From NCBI GenBank assembly GCA_964354025.1, contig CAYGXQ010000003.1, forward strand, positions 16,888 through 80,887: DNA of 64,000 nucleotides, in the 5' to 3' direction. Each line of letters opens with the position of its first letter. Position 1 is the stretch's first letter. Both the position numbers and the translations under genes were made by a program. This document shows positions 8,020 through 17,580 of this stretch, piece by piece. The notes beneath the pieces are model-generated. The model was not told where the DNA came from, ran no database searches, and was given only the letters and a program-made list of their open reading frames with translations. This DNA is from an uncultured Gammaproteobacteria bacterium. GTDB lineage: Bacteria > Patescibacteriota > Microgenomatia > 2-02-FULL-39-11.

Positions 8020-10383
8020 ATGACTAAAAAAAGAACAATGGAAATGACGGAAGAAACAGTTTTGCCCCGGGCTTTAATTATCGGCGGGGGTGATTTTGCT
8101 CTGTTTTTGTCAGACAAACTGCAGGAAAACGGCTGTTCGGCTGATGCAATTGACAGTTATCCGACCCATAAAAAGCAAAGCTTCCTATCTTACAAGTTTG
8201 ATTATCTTTTCCTGTTTACGGATTTTGATTCCCTTCCTGAAATCCTGCACAAATTTCTCAAGCCGGAAGGGAAATTGTTATTGGTTACCCAAGACGGTGA
8301 AGAGATCGATGATTTTTATCTTAAACAAAACGTCAATATTTTGAAAATCGGTGACCTGGTTGCCTGGCCGGCCGATGAACTGGCGGAAAAAATTTTCAAG
8401 ACAATTTTTTCCTCAAGCAGCCGTAAAATAATTAATGTCCGAAAAAAAGCCCAAAAAATCCAGGTAGAAATTCCCGTTATAAAGTCTGTTTCGAAAGAAG
8501 ATCTAAAAGATCATCTTTTTAAACCTGTTTCTCTCCCCTCTTCCCAATCCAAATTAAAAGTTACCACCAGGATAAATCTTCTCCCGATATTCCTGACGCT
8601 GGTGGTAATATTTTTATTTTCCTCTGTTGTTTTAGCCGGATTTACTTATTTATATGTCAAGGATTTGTCAAAAATTTTCAGTAATTTCCAAACCCATCTG
8701 GTCACTTCAGACATCGAAGCGATTGGTAATGATTTCTCTCAAGCAAAAAAGAAAATACAATTGGGTAAATCCGTTTACAATTTCACTTACAATATCCTTA
8801 TTCCTTTCCAGGAAGTAAAAGCCGTAAAAGATATCGGTGTGGTTTTCAGCTCTTCAAGCGAACTGATTACTTCCGGTGAAGAGGTGGTTGGTTATTTCCA
8901 AAAATTCACATCAATGAACACCGCTTCCTTAGCCGATTTTGAAATTACAATTAAAAAAATTGACAACCTTATCCTTTCACTTTCCCAAACTAAAAGCCGG
9001 CTAGACCAAGTCAGTCTCCCCTATTTTCCCAAAAGTACATTTAATAATTTCCTGACAATTTCCTTGGATAAATTAATTACTCTGCGCCAGCTTTTACCCA
9101 TTGCCCAAAAAATCATTATTACTGAAAAGAAAACCACTTATCTGGTCTTATTCCAAAACAATATGGAACTTCGTCCCACGGGCGGTTTCATCGGTTCATA
9201 CGGCCTTCTCACTTTTGAAAACGGTAAAATAGCCGATTTCCAGATATATGACGTTTATGCCGCCGACGGCCAGTTAAAAGGCCACGTTGAGCCGCCCTTG
9301 CCGATCAGGAAATACTTGAACCAACCAAATTGGTTTTTGAGAGACAGCAACTTTGATCCGGATTTTGCCCTTTCGGCCGATCAGGCGATTTGGTTTCTGG
9401 AAAAAGAGACCGGTCAAAAAGCGGATGGAGTGATAGGCATAAACTTAAATTTATTGCTCCAACTGCTTCGATCAATCGGCCCGGTTACTTTACCGGATTT
9501 CCGTGATGAGATCATTACCAGCGATAATTTTTATTTTAAAACCCAATCCTACTCCCAAAACGACTTCTTTCCCGGCTCCAGTGCGAAAAAAGATTTTTTA
9601 AGCAGTCTCACTAAAGCGATGGAAATAAAGCTGACAACAGGGACCGATATCCGCTTCCTTGACGTCCTGATTTCTCTTAAAAATTCACTGGAAGAAAAAA
9701 ACATCCTCCTTTATTCAACAGACGAAAACATCCAGAAAGAAATTGAAAAGACAGGTTGGGCGGGGAGGATGTCGGCAGTTGCCTGCCTTGAGAATTTCCA
9801 GAAATGTTTTCCTGACTTCCTGGCCGTTAATGAAGCCAATCTCGGCGTCAATAAAGCCAATTATTTTATTTCCAAATCAACCGCTGTAGAAAAAAGATTA
9901 AGCGCCAACGGTGACATCGTCAGCACGGTGACTATTTCTTATGAAAACAAAAGCCTTCCCAACCTTTTGACTGCCAGCCATTACCGCAATTACCTGCGTT
10001 TTTTTGTACCCAGCGGCAGCCGATTGATGGGAGCGACCTTTAACGGGAAATTCATTACTCCGAACAGTATTGAAACCACCTCTTATGCAAATGACAAAAC
10101 CTCATTCGGTTTTCTCGTCGATATCCCGCCTGACAGTCAGGCGGTTGTGAAAGTCTCCTATGTATTGTCGAAACAAATGACTAAAGACAGCAGTAGTTAC
10201 CAGTTATTTTTTCAGAAACAGGGAGGAGATAAAAATTCACCGCTGATAATCTCAATTATTTACCCCTCAGGCATGAATATGAAACCGCTTAACTTTAAAT
10301 CGACAGCCGGACGCCCTCAGGAAACATACTACACGACAGATACCTCGGTCGACCGGATTTTTTCACTAGAGGTTACCCAGTAG
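8020..10383 (+). CDS. Large membrane-anchored extracytoplasmic protein, DUF4012-like
   Basis: Single TM; NMELRPTGGFIGSYG motif typical of DUF4012; convergent with and overlapping an LCP gene. Confidence 0.5.
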   Translation: MTKKRTMEMTEETVLPRALIIGGGDFALFLSDKLQENGCSADAIDSYPTHKKQSFLSYKFDYLFLFTDFDSLPEILHKFLKPEGKLLLVTQDGEEIDDFYLKQNVNILKIGDLVAWPADELAEKIFKTIFSSSSRKIINVRKKAQKIQVEIPVIKSVSKEDLKDHLFKPVSLPSSQSKLKVTTRINLLPIFLTLVVIFLFSSVVLAGFTYLYVKDLSKIFSNFQTHLVTSDIEAIGNDFSQAKKKIQLGKSVYNFTYNILIPFQEVKAVKDIGVVFSSSSELITSGEEVVGYFQKFTSMNTASLADFEITIKKIDNLILSLSQTKSRLDQVSLPYFPKSTFNNFLTISLDKLITLRQLLPIAQKIIITEKKTTYLVLFQNNMELRPTGGFIGSYGLLTFENGKIADFQIYDVYAADGQLKGHVEPPLPIRKYLNQPNWFLRDSNFDPDFALSADQAIWFLEKETGQKADGVIGINLNLLLQLLRSIGPVTLPDFRDEIITSDNFYFKTQSYSQNDFFPGSSAKKDFLSSLTKAMEIKLTTGTDIRFLDVLISLKNSLEEKNILLYSTDENIQKEIEKTGWAGRMSAVACLENFQKCFPDFLAVNEANLGVNKANYFISKSTAVEKRLSANGDIVSTVTISYENKSLPNLLTASHYRNYLRFFVPSGSRLMGATFNGKFITPNSIETTSYANDKTSFGFLVDIPPDSQAVVKVSYVLSKQMTKDSSSYQLFFQKQGGDKNSPLIISIIYPSGMNMKPLNFKSTAGRPQETYYTTDTSVDRIFSLEVTQ

Positions 10384-11517
10384 TTCCTTCCCCCCTTTAA
10401 TAAATTCCTCTTGGTTGAAAATTTCCATTTCGCTGATGAAATCAGAGACCAGTGTTTTCCCGTTTTTGTCCCGACAGCCGAGAACAAAATAGCGCAGCAT
10501 TTCAAAGTGAAACCGGTTTCTTTTTTCCCCGTTGCCGATTTGCAGCCAAAGTTGTTGAGTGAAAGGCGTTTTGACGATTTGGCAAACGGTACTGTTTTGT
10601 TTATCGGTAAAAAATTTTTCCACCCGGTTGGTTAAATTCGTTAAATATGCTTCCATCTCGTTTTGGTAGTTAAGGTATTCTTTATCGTTCTTCCAGTTTT
10701 CTCCAGTTTTGTACTCATCCTCAAAAAAATGAATTTCCGAAGTTTTATAGTTTGGAGTAGGGTTGGTAACCAGTTCAATTCGTCCCGGCTCAGTCGGGAA
10801 ATCAAAAGCAATAAGTGTATCCAAGGTCAAGCTGGCTGTATCAAAATCCAAGTCTGTCTCAATGAAGTTAAAAAGAAGATGGGTGAAAGTTTTGGGTAGA
10901 GAAGCAACCTGATTTAAATGGTTTACAATCATATCTTTAAGATATAGAGCCTGATTGCGGCTTCTCTGGTAATCACCAACGCCATATTGCCTGTTCCGTA
11001 AGAATTGAAGAGAAGGAGATTCCGGGATCCCTAAGATCCGCAAAACCCCCAGGGTTTGGGAGAAATTAATTTTGACCAGATAATCAATTTTTATTTTGGC
11101 GATCTTTTCGATTTGGGAGACGGCAAAGGGGATACCCATGGTGTGACAGGAGTTGCTCAGATAGGCGCTGTCACTGCCAACCTGCAACAGATCAATGGAC
11201 GTACCCCGGGGGATACTGGTGATTCTCAACTTTTTTTGGTTCGGAATAATAGAGAAAATATGGATGGCATCGCAGCGGGGATTTTTATCGCCGCGCCTGC
11301 CGTCAAGACCGAGCAGTAAAATATTGACCGGTTTAGCGAGTACCGGTTTCAAAGTAACCGTAGGTGATAAGGAAGGCACCGAAGGAGAAGTTGAGACCGG
11401 CAAAGTTGTGGTTGCGGTTTGCCCGGCCGGAAAAAAATAACGCCATTTGATAAAGGTCAGGGAGACGATAAACACAACAGCGGTGACGGCGATCATCAGT
11501 CTGAATTTCTTTATCAT
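10366..11517 (-). CDS. LytR-CpsA-Psr (LCP) family cell-wall glycopolymer transferase
   Basis: N-terminal TM, then ILLLGLDGRRGDKNPRCDAIHIFSI...ITSIPRGTSID, the LCP signature. Confidence 0.75.
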   Translation of the reverse strand: MIKKFRLMIAVTAVVFIVSLTFIKWRYFFPAGQTATTTLPVSTSPSVPSLSPTVTLKPVLAKPVNILLLGLDGRRGDKNPRCDAIHIFSIIPNQKKLRITSIPRGTSIDLLQVGSDSAYLSNSCHTMGIPFAVSQIEKIAKIKIDYLVKINFSQTLGVLRILGIPESPSLQFLRNRQYGVGDYQRSRNQALYLKDMIVNHLNQVASLPKTFTHLLFNFIETDLDFDTASLTLDTLIAFDFPTEPGRIELVTNPTPNYKTSEIHFFEDEYKTGENWKNDKEYLNYQNEMEAYLTNLTNRVEKFFTDKQNSTVCQIVKTPFTQQLWLQIGNGEKRNRFHFEMLRYFVLGCRDKNGKTLVSDFISEMEIFNQEEFIKGGKELLGNL

Positions 11518-11548
11518 AAGAGATAATGGTGAAACAAATATAATCTTA

Positions 11549-11577
11549 TTGACTTCAAATGTGAAGCCCGGTACAAT
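11549..11577 (+). promoter_or_regulatory. Sigma-70-like promoter TTGACT-N17-TACAAT upstream of rplY
   Basis: Hexamers and spacing read directly from the sequence. Confidence 0.4.
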
Positions 11578-11590
11578 ACACTAACTGTTT

Positions 11591-12310
11591 ATGGAAAAAA
11601 TTGCCTTAAAAGCTGATTCCCGAAAAATCGTTGGCCGTAAGGTCAAAACGCTGCGAAGACAAGGACTGATTCCGGCGAGCGTTTATGGAAAAGACTTCAA
11701 ATCACAGGCGGTTGTCATGAATTTAAAGGAATTTCAATCCGTCTTTGCCAAAGCCGGCGAAACAGGTTTAGTTGACCTTCAACTGGAAGGGAAAGGCCTG
11801 CCGGTTCTTATCCATACCCTGCAATATCACCCGGTAACCGGATTGCCACTCCATGTCGATTTCTATAAAGTCAATTTGAAACAGAAAGTAACCGCCAAAG
11901 TGCCTTTGGTCCAAATTGGTGAATCATCGGCGGTTAAAGATAGAATAGGTGCGCTATTGACGCTTTTGACTGAAATTGAAGTGGAAGCCCTGCCGGCTGA
12001 TTTGCCTGACAAGATCGAAGTGGATATTGCCAAGCTGGCAACCATTGATCAGACAATTAAAGTCGGAGATTTGAAAATTCCGGCCGGGGTCAAAATACTT
12101 GCCGACACTAATTTGGATATAGTTAAGATTGGTTCCCTTGTTTCCAAAGAAGCGGAAAAAATGGCTAAAGAAGAAGCGGAGAAAGCCGCTGCTATCGCCG
12201 CCACCGCTGCCGCTTCAGCAGAAAGCGCACCTTCTGAAGGGGTAAAGAAAGAAGAAGTCACCCCATCTTCGGAAAAGAAAGCCGCCCCTTCCGAAACCAA
12301 AACAAAGTAA
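11591..12310 (+). CDS. rplY: 50S ribosomal protein L25 / general stress protein Ctc with A/E/K-rich C-terminal extension
   Basis: RKVKTLRRQGLIPASVYG...HVDFYKV; bL25 fold motifs. Confidence 0.85.
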   Translation: MEKIALKADSRKIVGRKVKTLRRQGLIPASVYGKDFKSQAVVMNLKEFQSVFAKAGETGLVDLQLEGKGLPVLIHTLQYHPVTGLPLHVDFYKVNLKQKVTAKVPLVQIGESSAVKDRIGALLTLLTEIEVEALPADLPDKIEVDIAKLATIDQTIKVGDLKIPAGVKILADTNLDIVKIGSLVSKEAEKMAKEEAEKAAAIAATAAASAESAPSEGVKKEEVTPSSEKKAAPSETKTK

Positions 12311-12354
12311 CTACAAGCATGCTAACTGCTGGTAGTAAACCACTTGTAGTAAAG
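12310..12354. repeat. Palindromic REP-like element, family 2 (ACTACAAGC...CTTGTAGTAAA), directly after the rplY stop
   Basis: Inverted repeat CTACAAG/CTTGTAG; second locus at 55444-55502. Confidence 0.45.
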
Positions 12355-12356
12355 AC

Positions 12357-12899
12357 CTATTCCTCAAAGAAGTTGTTGCCGATATTTACTGTAGGATTTT
12401 CTTTAGTGACAGTTTTGAGATAAGCGGCGCTTTTTTCCCGGTCATTGAGAAGGTAATACAAAACCGCCAGTTTCGTTTTGGTGTAAGTATAATCCGGGAA
12501 AGAATCTTTGAGTTTTTCCCAATTCTCCGCTTCTTTTTTAATCTTCTCTCTTTTTGAGATGAGATTGTTCCAGGTTTGGGATGGAGAGGACTGTTGGCCG
12601 AGAGTTTTCGAGTCGGATAGGGAAGGGTTTTGGAAAAATAATTGGGCCAATTGGTATTCTTTCTCAGCCGCCTTCTCATTTATCGTCAAATAGTTTTGCC
12701 CCAACTCTTCATGGAACTTACCGGTAAATGGTTGGGCCAAGATTTTATCTCTTAACCAACCAAAATTGTTCGGTTTAATGAAAACGGGATAGAAGAGGTT
12801 AGCGGCGGCTATGATTAGTACCAAAGACCAGAGGATGACTGCGGCAATTCTGCGGTTAAAATGCGGGAATTTAATAAACTTCATATCTTCATCTTCCAT
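12357..12899 (-). CDS. Hypothetical membrane-anchored protein
   Basis: N-terminal TM; no domain recognised. Confidence 0.4.
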   Translation of the reverse strand: MEDEDMKFIKFPHFNRRIAAVILWSLVLIIAAANLFYPVFIKPNNFGWLRDKILAQPFTGKFHEELGQNYLTINEKAAEKEYQLAQLFFQNPSLSDSKTLGQQSSPSQTWNNLISKREKIKKEAENWEKLKDSFPDYTYTKTKLAVLYYLLNDREKSAAYLKTVTKENPTVNIGNNFFEE

Positions 12900-12978
12900 T
12901 ATATTAAGGGAAGCCGTCTTTAGGCAATAGCAGAATTTCCTATTGACGAAAACAAAAATTTAGCGGAAAATAATATTA

Positions 12979-13626
12979 ATGAAAATTGGCTGCCTGAAAC
13001 TTTGCGAAATGCTATTGTTATTTTTTGGTGTCTTATTGATATTTCCCCGCCAAACTTTTGCCCAAGAGGGAGCTTCTGTTTCCGCGACAGCGACAGTGCC
13101 AGCGGTTAATAATCAGGTAAACCAATTGCAACTGCTGAAAGAGTCAACCCCATCTTCGCAGTCAGCCATAAATTCTGAAGCCCAAGCTTCTCTTAAAACT
13201 TTAATTTCCAGGATTGAGGCCGCTTCGGCCAGACTGGAAAATATCACTAACAGGATTTCCGCCCGGATGGAGATGATGAAACAGCAAAATTTTAAGATTG
13301 CCAACAAGGATAACCTGCTTTTAACCGCTTTGAAAAAGGAAACGGCAAAGTTAACGGAAGAAATCCAAAAACTAAGTACTGCCCGGGAAAATTTCCAACA
13401 AGGCTCAGATGCGAAAAAAAATTATCCGCTGCTTCGCAAACAAATAATTGTTATTCTTAACATACTGAAGTCGATTGATACCCAGCAAAAAAAATTAGTC
13501 GGTAATCTAAAATTGTACAACCCGCCGTCGGCAATTCCAACCCGTAAGCCGACGCCAACCCGTAAGCCGACGCCGACAAAAATTCCAACACCGACAAAAA
13601 AACCGACGGTGACGCCAAAAATATGA
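12979..13626 (+). CDS. Secreted hypothetical protein with C-terminal PT(R/K)KPTPT tandem repeats
   Basis: Signal peptide-like N-terminus; direct DNA repeats ccaacccgtaagccgacgcc x2. Confidence 0.45.
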   Translation: MKIGCLKLCEMLLLFFGVLLIFPRQTFAQEGASVSATATVPAVNNQVNQLQLLKESTPSSQSAINSEAQASLKTLISRIEAASARLENITNRISARMEMMKQQNFKIANKDNLLLTALKKETAKLTEEIQKLSTARENFQQGSDAKKNYPLLRKQIIVILNILKSIDTQQKKLVGNLKLYNPPSAIPTRKPTPTRKPTPTKIPTPTKKPTVTPKI

Positions 13627-14093
13627 ACGAACAAACAAATCCAAACGGTTATACGAGTAACGTCTCGCTAGGCGAGGAACAGGTTAATCCAAACCAGGGC
13701 CTGCCACCCCCGCCGGCGGAAACGACCGTGGCCGTTTCGTCTGAGAGAAGAGGACCGCCTAAATGGTTTTATTTCATTTTCCTGGCAGTGTTGATAGCTT
13801 TTGTAGCAGTGGCGGCAATTTTGGTCATTACTTTAAGTAATAAGAAATCAGGCGGGAAAACCGCTGAACAAAAACCTTCGTCACCAACGGAAATTACCGC
13901 AACGCCGACCGAGGAAATTAGTCCTACCCCAAGCATTCCTCCGGTTGATCCGGCGGTTTTGAAGTTGAACCAATTGGACACCTCTGATGAAGTGGTAAAT
14001 ATTGAAACTGATACCAAGGGAACGGATTTGACGTTTATAGAAGACAGCTTGTCAGCGCTGGACAGTAAAATCGGATTTACTACATCTATGTAA
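13623..14093 (+). CDS. Hypothetical single-pass membrane protein, Pro/Thr-rich
   Basis: ATGA overlap with upstream gene; TM helix. Confidence 0.4.
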   Translation: MNEQTNPNGYTSNVSLGEEQVNPNQGLPPPPAETTVAVSSERRGPPKWFYFIFLAVLIAFVAVAAILVITLSNKKSGGKTAEQKPSSPTEITATPTEEISPTPSIPPVDPAVLKLNQLDTSDEVVNIETDTKGTDLTFIEDSLSALDSKIGFTTSM

Positions 14094-14105
14094 ACTGGAT
14101 GCAGT

Positions 14106-14543
14106 TTACTTCCGATAGATGAAGTTCGAGAGTTTCTTAATCGAATAACCGATTACACCACTTCCTCCCAAAATTACCCAAGTAAGTTCATTTGGTCCGG
14201 TAGCCGGAATTTCGCTGGTTGTTATCCCGCCTTTAGTTGTATTTTGTCCACTATTGGTCGTATTTTGTCCGCCATAAAAAGCTGAAGGAGTGGGAGTGGG
14301 TGAGATTTTATTAATGACAGATGGAGTTATTGTAGGCGTAATATTGGGCGGAGTGGTCAGTGAAGTAGATTTGATAAAAGGAAAAAACTGGCCAAGACGG
14401 CTGCGCAGCGCCGCCGCAATCCGTCCGCTTGAGAGAATGACGATAACGATAAAGATAAAACCCAGAAAGACTAAAAGTATTCTACTTGATGACATAATTA
14501 GATTAAGTTGGCCTATAATAGACGATTTAAGGCAATCTGTCAA
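14106..14543 (-). CDS. Hypothetical membrane-anchored Thr/Pro-rich protein
   Basis: ORF with TM. Confidence 0.4.
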   Translation of the reverse strand: MTDCLKSSIIGQLNLIMSSSRILLVFLGFIFIVIVILSSGRIAAALRSRLGQFFPFIKSTSLTTPPNITPTITPSVINKISPTPTPSAFYGGQNTTNSGQNTTKGGITTSEIPATGPNELTWVILGGSGVIGYSIKKLSNFIYRK

Positions 14544-14567
14544 CCTTTATGATAAAATTGACTTTTT

Positions 14568-15047
14568 ATGGATGATCAAATGTTTCAAAGTCAGACTTAC
14601 GGCAATCTTGATCTTTGTGGAGTGCGGGAAAAGGCGCTTGAATTTATCGGCAAATTTCCTGATTTCCCTTACCAGTTGATTATCGGGACCGATTCCCAGC
14701 CGAAAAACGGATCGGGCGTGGATTTCGTCACTGCCATTGTCGTTCACCGTATCGGCATGGGCGGAGTCTATTTTTGGAAAAGAATAGTCGAAAGCAAAAG
14801 TCTGGTAATGCGTGACCGGATCTATACGGAAGCCACTTTATCTTTGACTTGTGCCCAGGAAGTCCTGAAAGTTTTCAAAAAAGACCCTGTCTGTAAGACA
14901 CTGGAAATTCACGTCGACATCGGCCAAAACGGTGAGACAAGAGAAATGATTTCCGAAATTGTCGGCATGATCAGAGGATCAGGTTTTCGGGTTAAAACCA
15001 AGCCGGAAAGCTATGGCGCCTCAAAAGTAGCTGATCGTCATACTTAA
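14568..15047 (+). CDS. YkuK/DUF458-like (RNase H-like fold) protein candidate
   Basis: IGTDSQ...FVTAIVVH motif recalled from the DUF458 family; weak. Confidence 0.35.
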   Translation: MDDQMFQSQTYGNLDLCGVREKALEFIGKFPDFPYQLIIGTDSQPKNGSGVDFVTAIVVHRIGMGGVYFWKRIVESKSLVMRDRIYTEATLSLTCAQEVLKVFKKDPVCKTLEIHVDIGQNGETREMISEIVGMIRGSGFRVKTKPESYGASKVADRHT

Positions 15048-15152
15048 AATTATAAATTACAAATGCTAAATGCTAAATTAAATGACTAAATTATTAAATT
15101 CTAAATTAATTCAGAAATTTAGAAATTTATAATTTCATTTATAATTTATAAT

Positions 15153-17534
15153 TTATAATTTAATTGAAGGGGAAGGAGAGGCGGGGATCAGAGTCGGGCA
15201 GCCGCCAACCGGTTGGGTCCCGGAGACAAAATATTCGGTCCGTCCATAGCAGGGAAAAGCAATGATGCCTTTTGGCATCACAAAAGGTTTATCCTCTTTG
15301 TTTTTCAATATTTCTTTCATGATTTGCTGCCAGATAGGCGCCGCGCCGGTGACGCCAGAAGTCAACCGGGGGTTCATAGGCGAACCGTCATTGTTGCCCA
15401 CCCAAACCGTCACGACAAAATCACCCGTATAACCGATGGTCCAATTGTCCCTTTTGTTGTCGCTGGTGCCGGTTTTGACGGCTACCGTATGACTGGGAAT
15501 GACTAAGGAAGAAGAGGGCCCGAAAGCCGGAGTGCGAGCCAGATTATCCGAAAGGATGTTGGAGATGATATAAGCGATTTCAGGTGAGGTAGCCTTAACC
15601 GGCGTCTTTTCCTCGGGGAGAGGTAAAACCTCGCCTTTATAGTCTGTAATCTTTAAAAAAGGCGTCAAATCCGCTCTTTCACCGGCGTTGGCTAAACTGC
15701 CATAGACTTTAGTCATGTCAAGCATGGTTACGTCGCCCCCGCCCAAAGTTAAAGACAGTCCGAAACGGCTTTCATCATTCCAAGAGGTGATGCCCATCAG
15801 TTTTCCCTGTTCAATCATTGCCTTGAGACCGATCCTGGCCAGGGTTTTGACCGCCGGAATATTATATGAGGAACCCAAAGCCGTCCGCAGTGTCACCCGT
15901 CCATGATAGCGGCCGTCATAGTTGACCGGGGCGTAAGCAGCTTGTCCGGCCACTTTATAGGTAATTGGAGTATCGTCAATCATGGTGGCGGCCGTCATCC
16001 CGCGGGTTAAGGCGGCGGCGTAATTGACTACTTTAATTGATGAACCGGGTTGACGAAGAGCAGTGGTGACGTTGACATTACCCTGATTTGAGAGGTCAAA
16101 ATAGTCGGTTGAGCCGACCATGGAGAGAATTTCTCCGGTTTTAGGGTCGGTAATGAGGATGGCGCCGTTACCGACGTTTAAGTTTTTCAGGCCATTGATA
16201 TTTTCCGTGACAATTTTTTGTGCCATTTCCTGTAAGTTTAAATCAAGAGTGGTTTTTACCCGCAACCCGCCGGTTTCCACAATCCGCAACCCATAAAGCC
16301 TTTCCAGTTCTTCTTTGACATACATCACGAAATGAGGCGCCAAAATCGCTGTACGGGGATTATTGTAATTTAAAGTTTCCGCGGCCGCCTGATCTGCGGT
16401 TTCCTTATTAATATAACCTTCATCAGTCATCCGTTTCAAAACTTCTTCCTGGCGTTGTTTAGCCAGTTCCGGATGAATTCCGTATGGAGAGAAACGGCTT
16501 GGCGCCGCCGGCAGTCCGGCTAAAAGCGCGGTTTCTGAGAGCGTTAATTCTTTGATGCTTTTTCCGAAATAGGTTTGAGCGGCCGCTTCGATTCCCCAGG
16601 CGGTACCGCCATATGGTACCTGATTGAGATACATCTCAAGTATCTGGTCTTTGCTGTAGATCCCCTCAGCCCAAACGGAAAGGATGATTTCCTGGATTTT
16701 CCGCTTGACCGTCCGGTCAGGATTGAGAAGGGCGCTTCTTATAAGTTGCTGGGTAATCGTTGATCCTCCTTCAATTGTATCGGTAGTCAAATTATGGATT
16801 AAAGCCCGGATGATGGCAGAGACAGAAAAACCCTTGTGGAAATAGAAATCCTTGTCTTCGGTGGCAATGGTGGCCTGGATAACCGTTTCCGGCACATCGG
16901 CCAATTTGATGGGAGTCCGGTTTTGTTCGGCATAAATTTCGTAAAGCAGTTTGTCATTGCGGTCATAGATTTTTGTCGTTGTCGGCGGGTCTTTAACGGT
17001 CAAGTATCTGGGATTGGGAATCGTCTGGATAAAAATTTTCAGCTGGTAAAAAACAGTTATGGTTAAAACTACCAAAGCGCCCAAAAAGAAATATTTGATT
17101 TTTAAAAAAACAATTTTTAAAGCCCGGGGAATTTTAATCCTGATTCTTAATCTTTTCCTTTTCGGGAATTTAAATTTCAGTTTAGGGATCGTGAATTTTG
17201 GCAGACTGAATTTAAGAATTGTAATTTTCGGCAGTCTGATTCTGAAGGAAAAGATTTTCTTTTTTAGAATAAGGATTTTCTTATTGATCTTTTCGGCAAG
17301 AGAAGGTTTCCTGTGGTATATGATGCCTCTTTTTTTCTTGATGCCCTTAGGTGACTTAGGTAACCTAAGTGACTTAAGTAACTTATAGGACTTAAGAAAA
17401 AAAGAGATTATGATCCTTATCAGGTTGATGATAACCTCACCGAAACCTTTGAAGAAAAAAAGCGGCAGAAATAAAACCTGAGAAATCAGATTGATGTATG
17501 GGGCAGTTTTGATATTTTTCTTTCCTCTTGGCAT
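15153..17534 (-). CDS. Class A penicillin-binding protein (bifunctional transglycosylase/transpeptidase); true start uncertain, ~150-aa K/R-rich repetitive leader precedes the TM
   Basis: GT51 motifs EDKDFYFHKG and GGSTITQQ; transpeptidase SSIK, SYN and KTGT motifs. Confidence 0.85.
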   Translation of the reverse strand: MPRGKKNIKTAPYINLISQVLFLPLFFFKGFGEVIINLIRIIISFFLKSYKLLKSLRLPKSPKGIKKKRGIIYHRKPSLAEKINKKILILKKKIFSFRIRLPKITILKFSLPKFTIPKLKFKFPKRKRLRIRIKIPRALKIVFLKIKYFFLGALVVLTITVFYQLKIFIQTIPNPRYLTVKDPPTTTKIYDRNDKLLYEIYAEQNRTPIKLADVPETVIQATIATEDKDFYFHKGFSVSAIIRALIHNLTTDTIEGGSTITQQLIRSALLNPDRTVKRKIQEIILSVWAEGIYSKDQILEMYLNQVPYGGTAWGIEAAAQTYFGKSIKELTLSETALLAGLPAAPSRFSPYGIHPELAKQRQEEVLKRMTDEGYINKETADQAAAETLNYNNPRTAILAPHFVMYVKEELERLYGLRIVETGGLRVKTTLDLNLQEMAQKIVTENINGLKNLNVGNGAILITDPKTGEILSMVGSTDYFDLSNQGNVNVTTALRQPGSSIKVVNYAAALTRGMTAATMIDDTPITYKVAGQAAYAPVNYDGRYHGRVTLRTALGSSYNIPAVKTLARIGLKAMIEQGKLMGITSWNDESRFGLSLTLGGGDVTMLDMTKVYGSLANAGERADLTPFLKITDYKGEVLPLPEEKTPVKATSPEIAYIISNILSDNLARTPAFGPSSSLVIPSHTVAVKTGTSDNKRDNWTIGYTGDFVVTVWVGNNDGSPMNPRLTSGVTGAAPIWQQIMKEILKNKEDKPFVMPKGIIAFPCYGRTEYFVSGTQPVGGCPTLIPASPSPSIKL

Positions 17535-17580
17535 GGGGAAAAGAATATAGCACAGGTTATAGGTTCAGTAAAGAGGAATT

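Noticed and set aside
17340-17400. Short tandem repeats (GACTTAAG / TAACTTA) that might be taken for a CRISPR array
   Set aside because: Units are ~9 nt, degenerate and contiguous, with no spacer structure and no cas genes. They lie in the 5' region of the PBP ORF.
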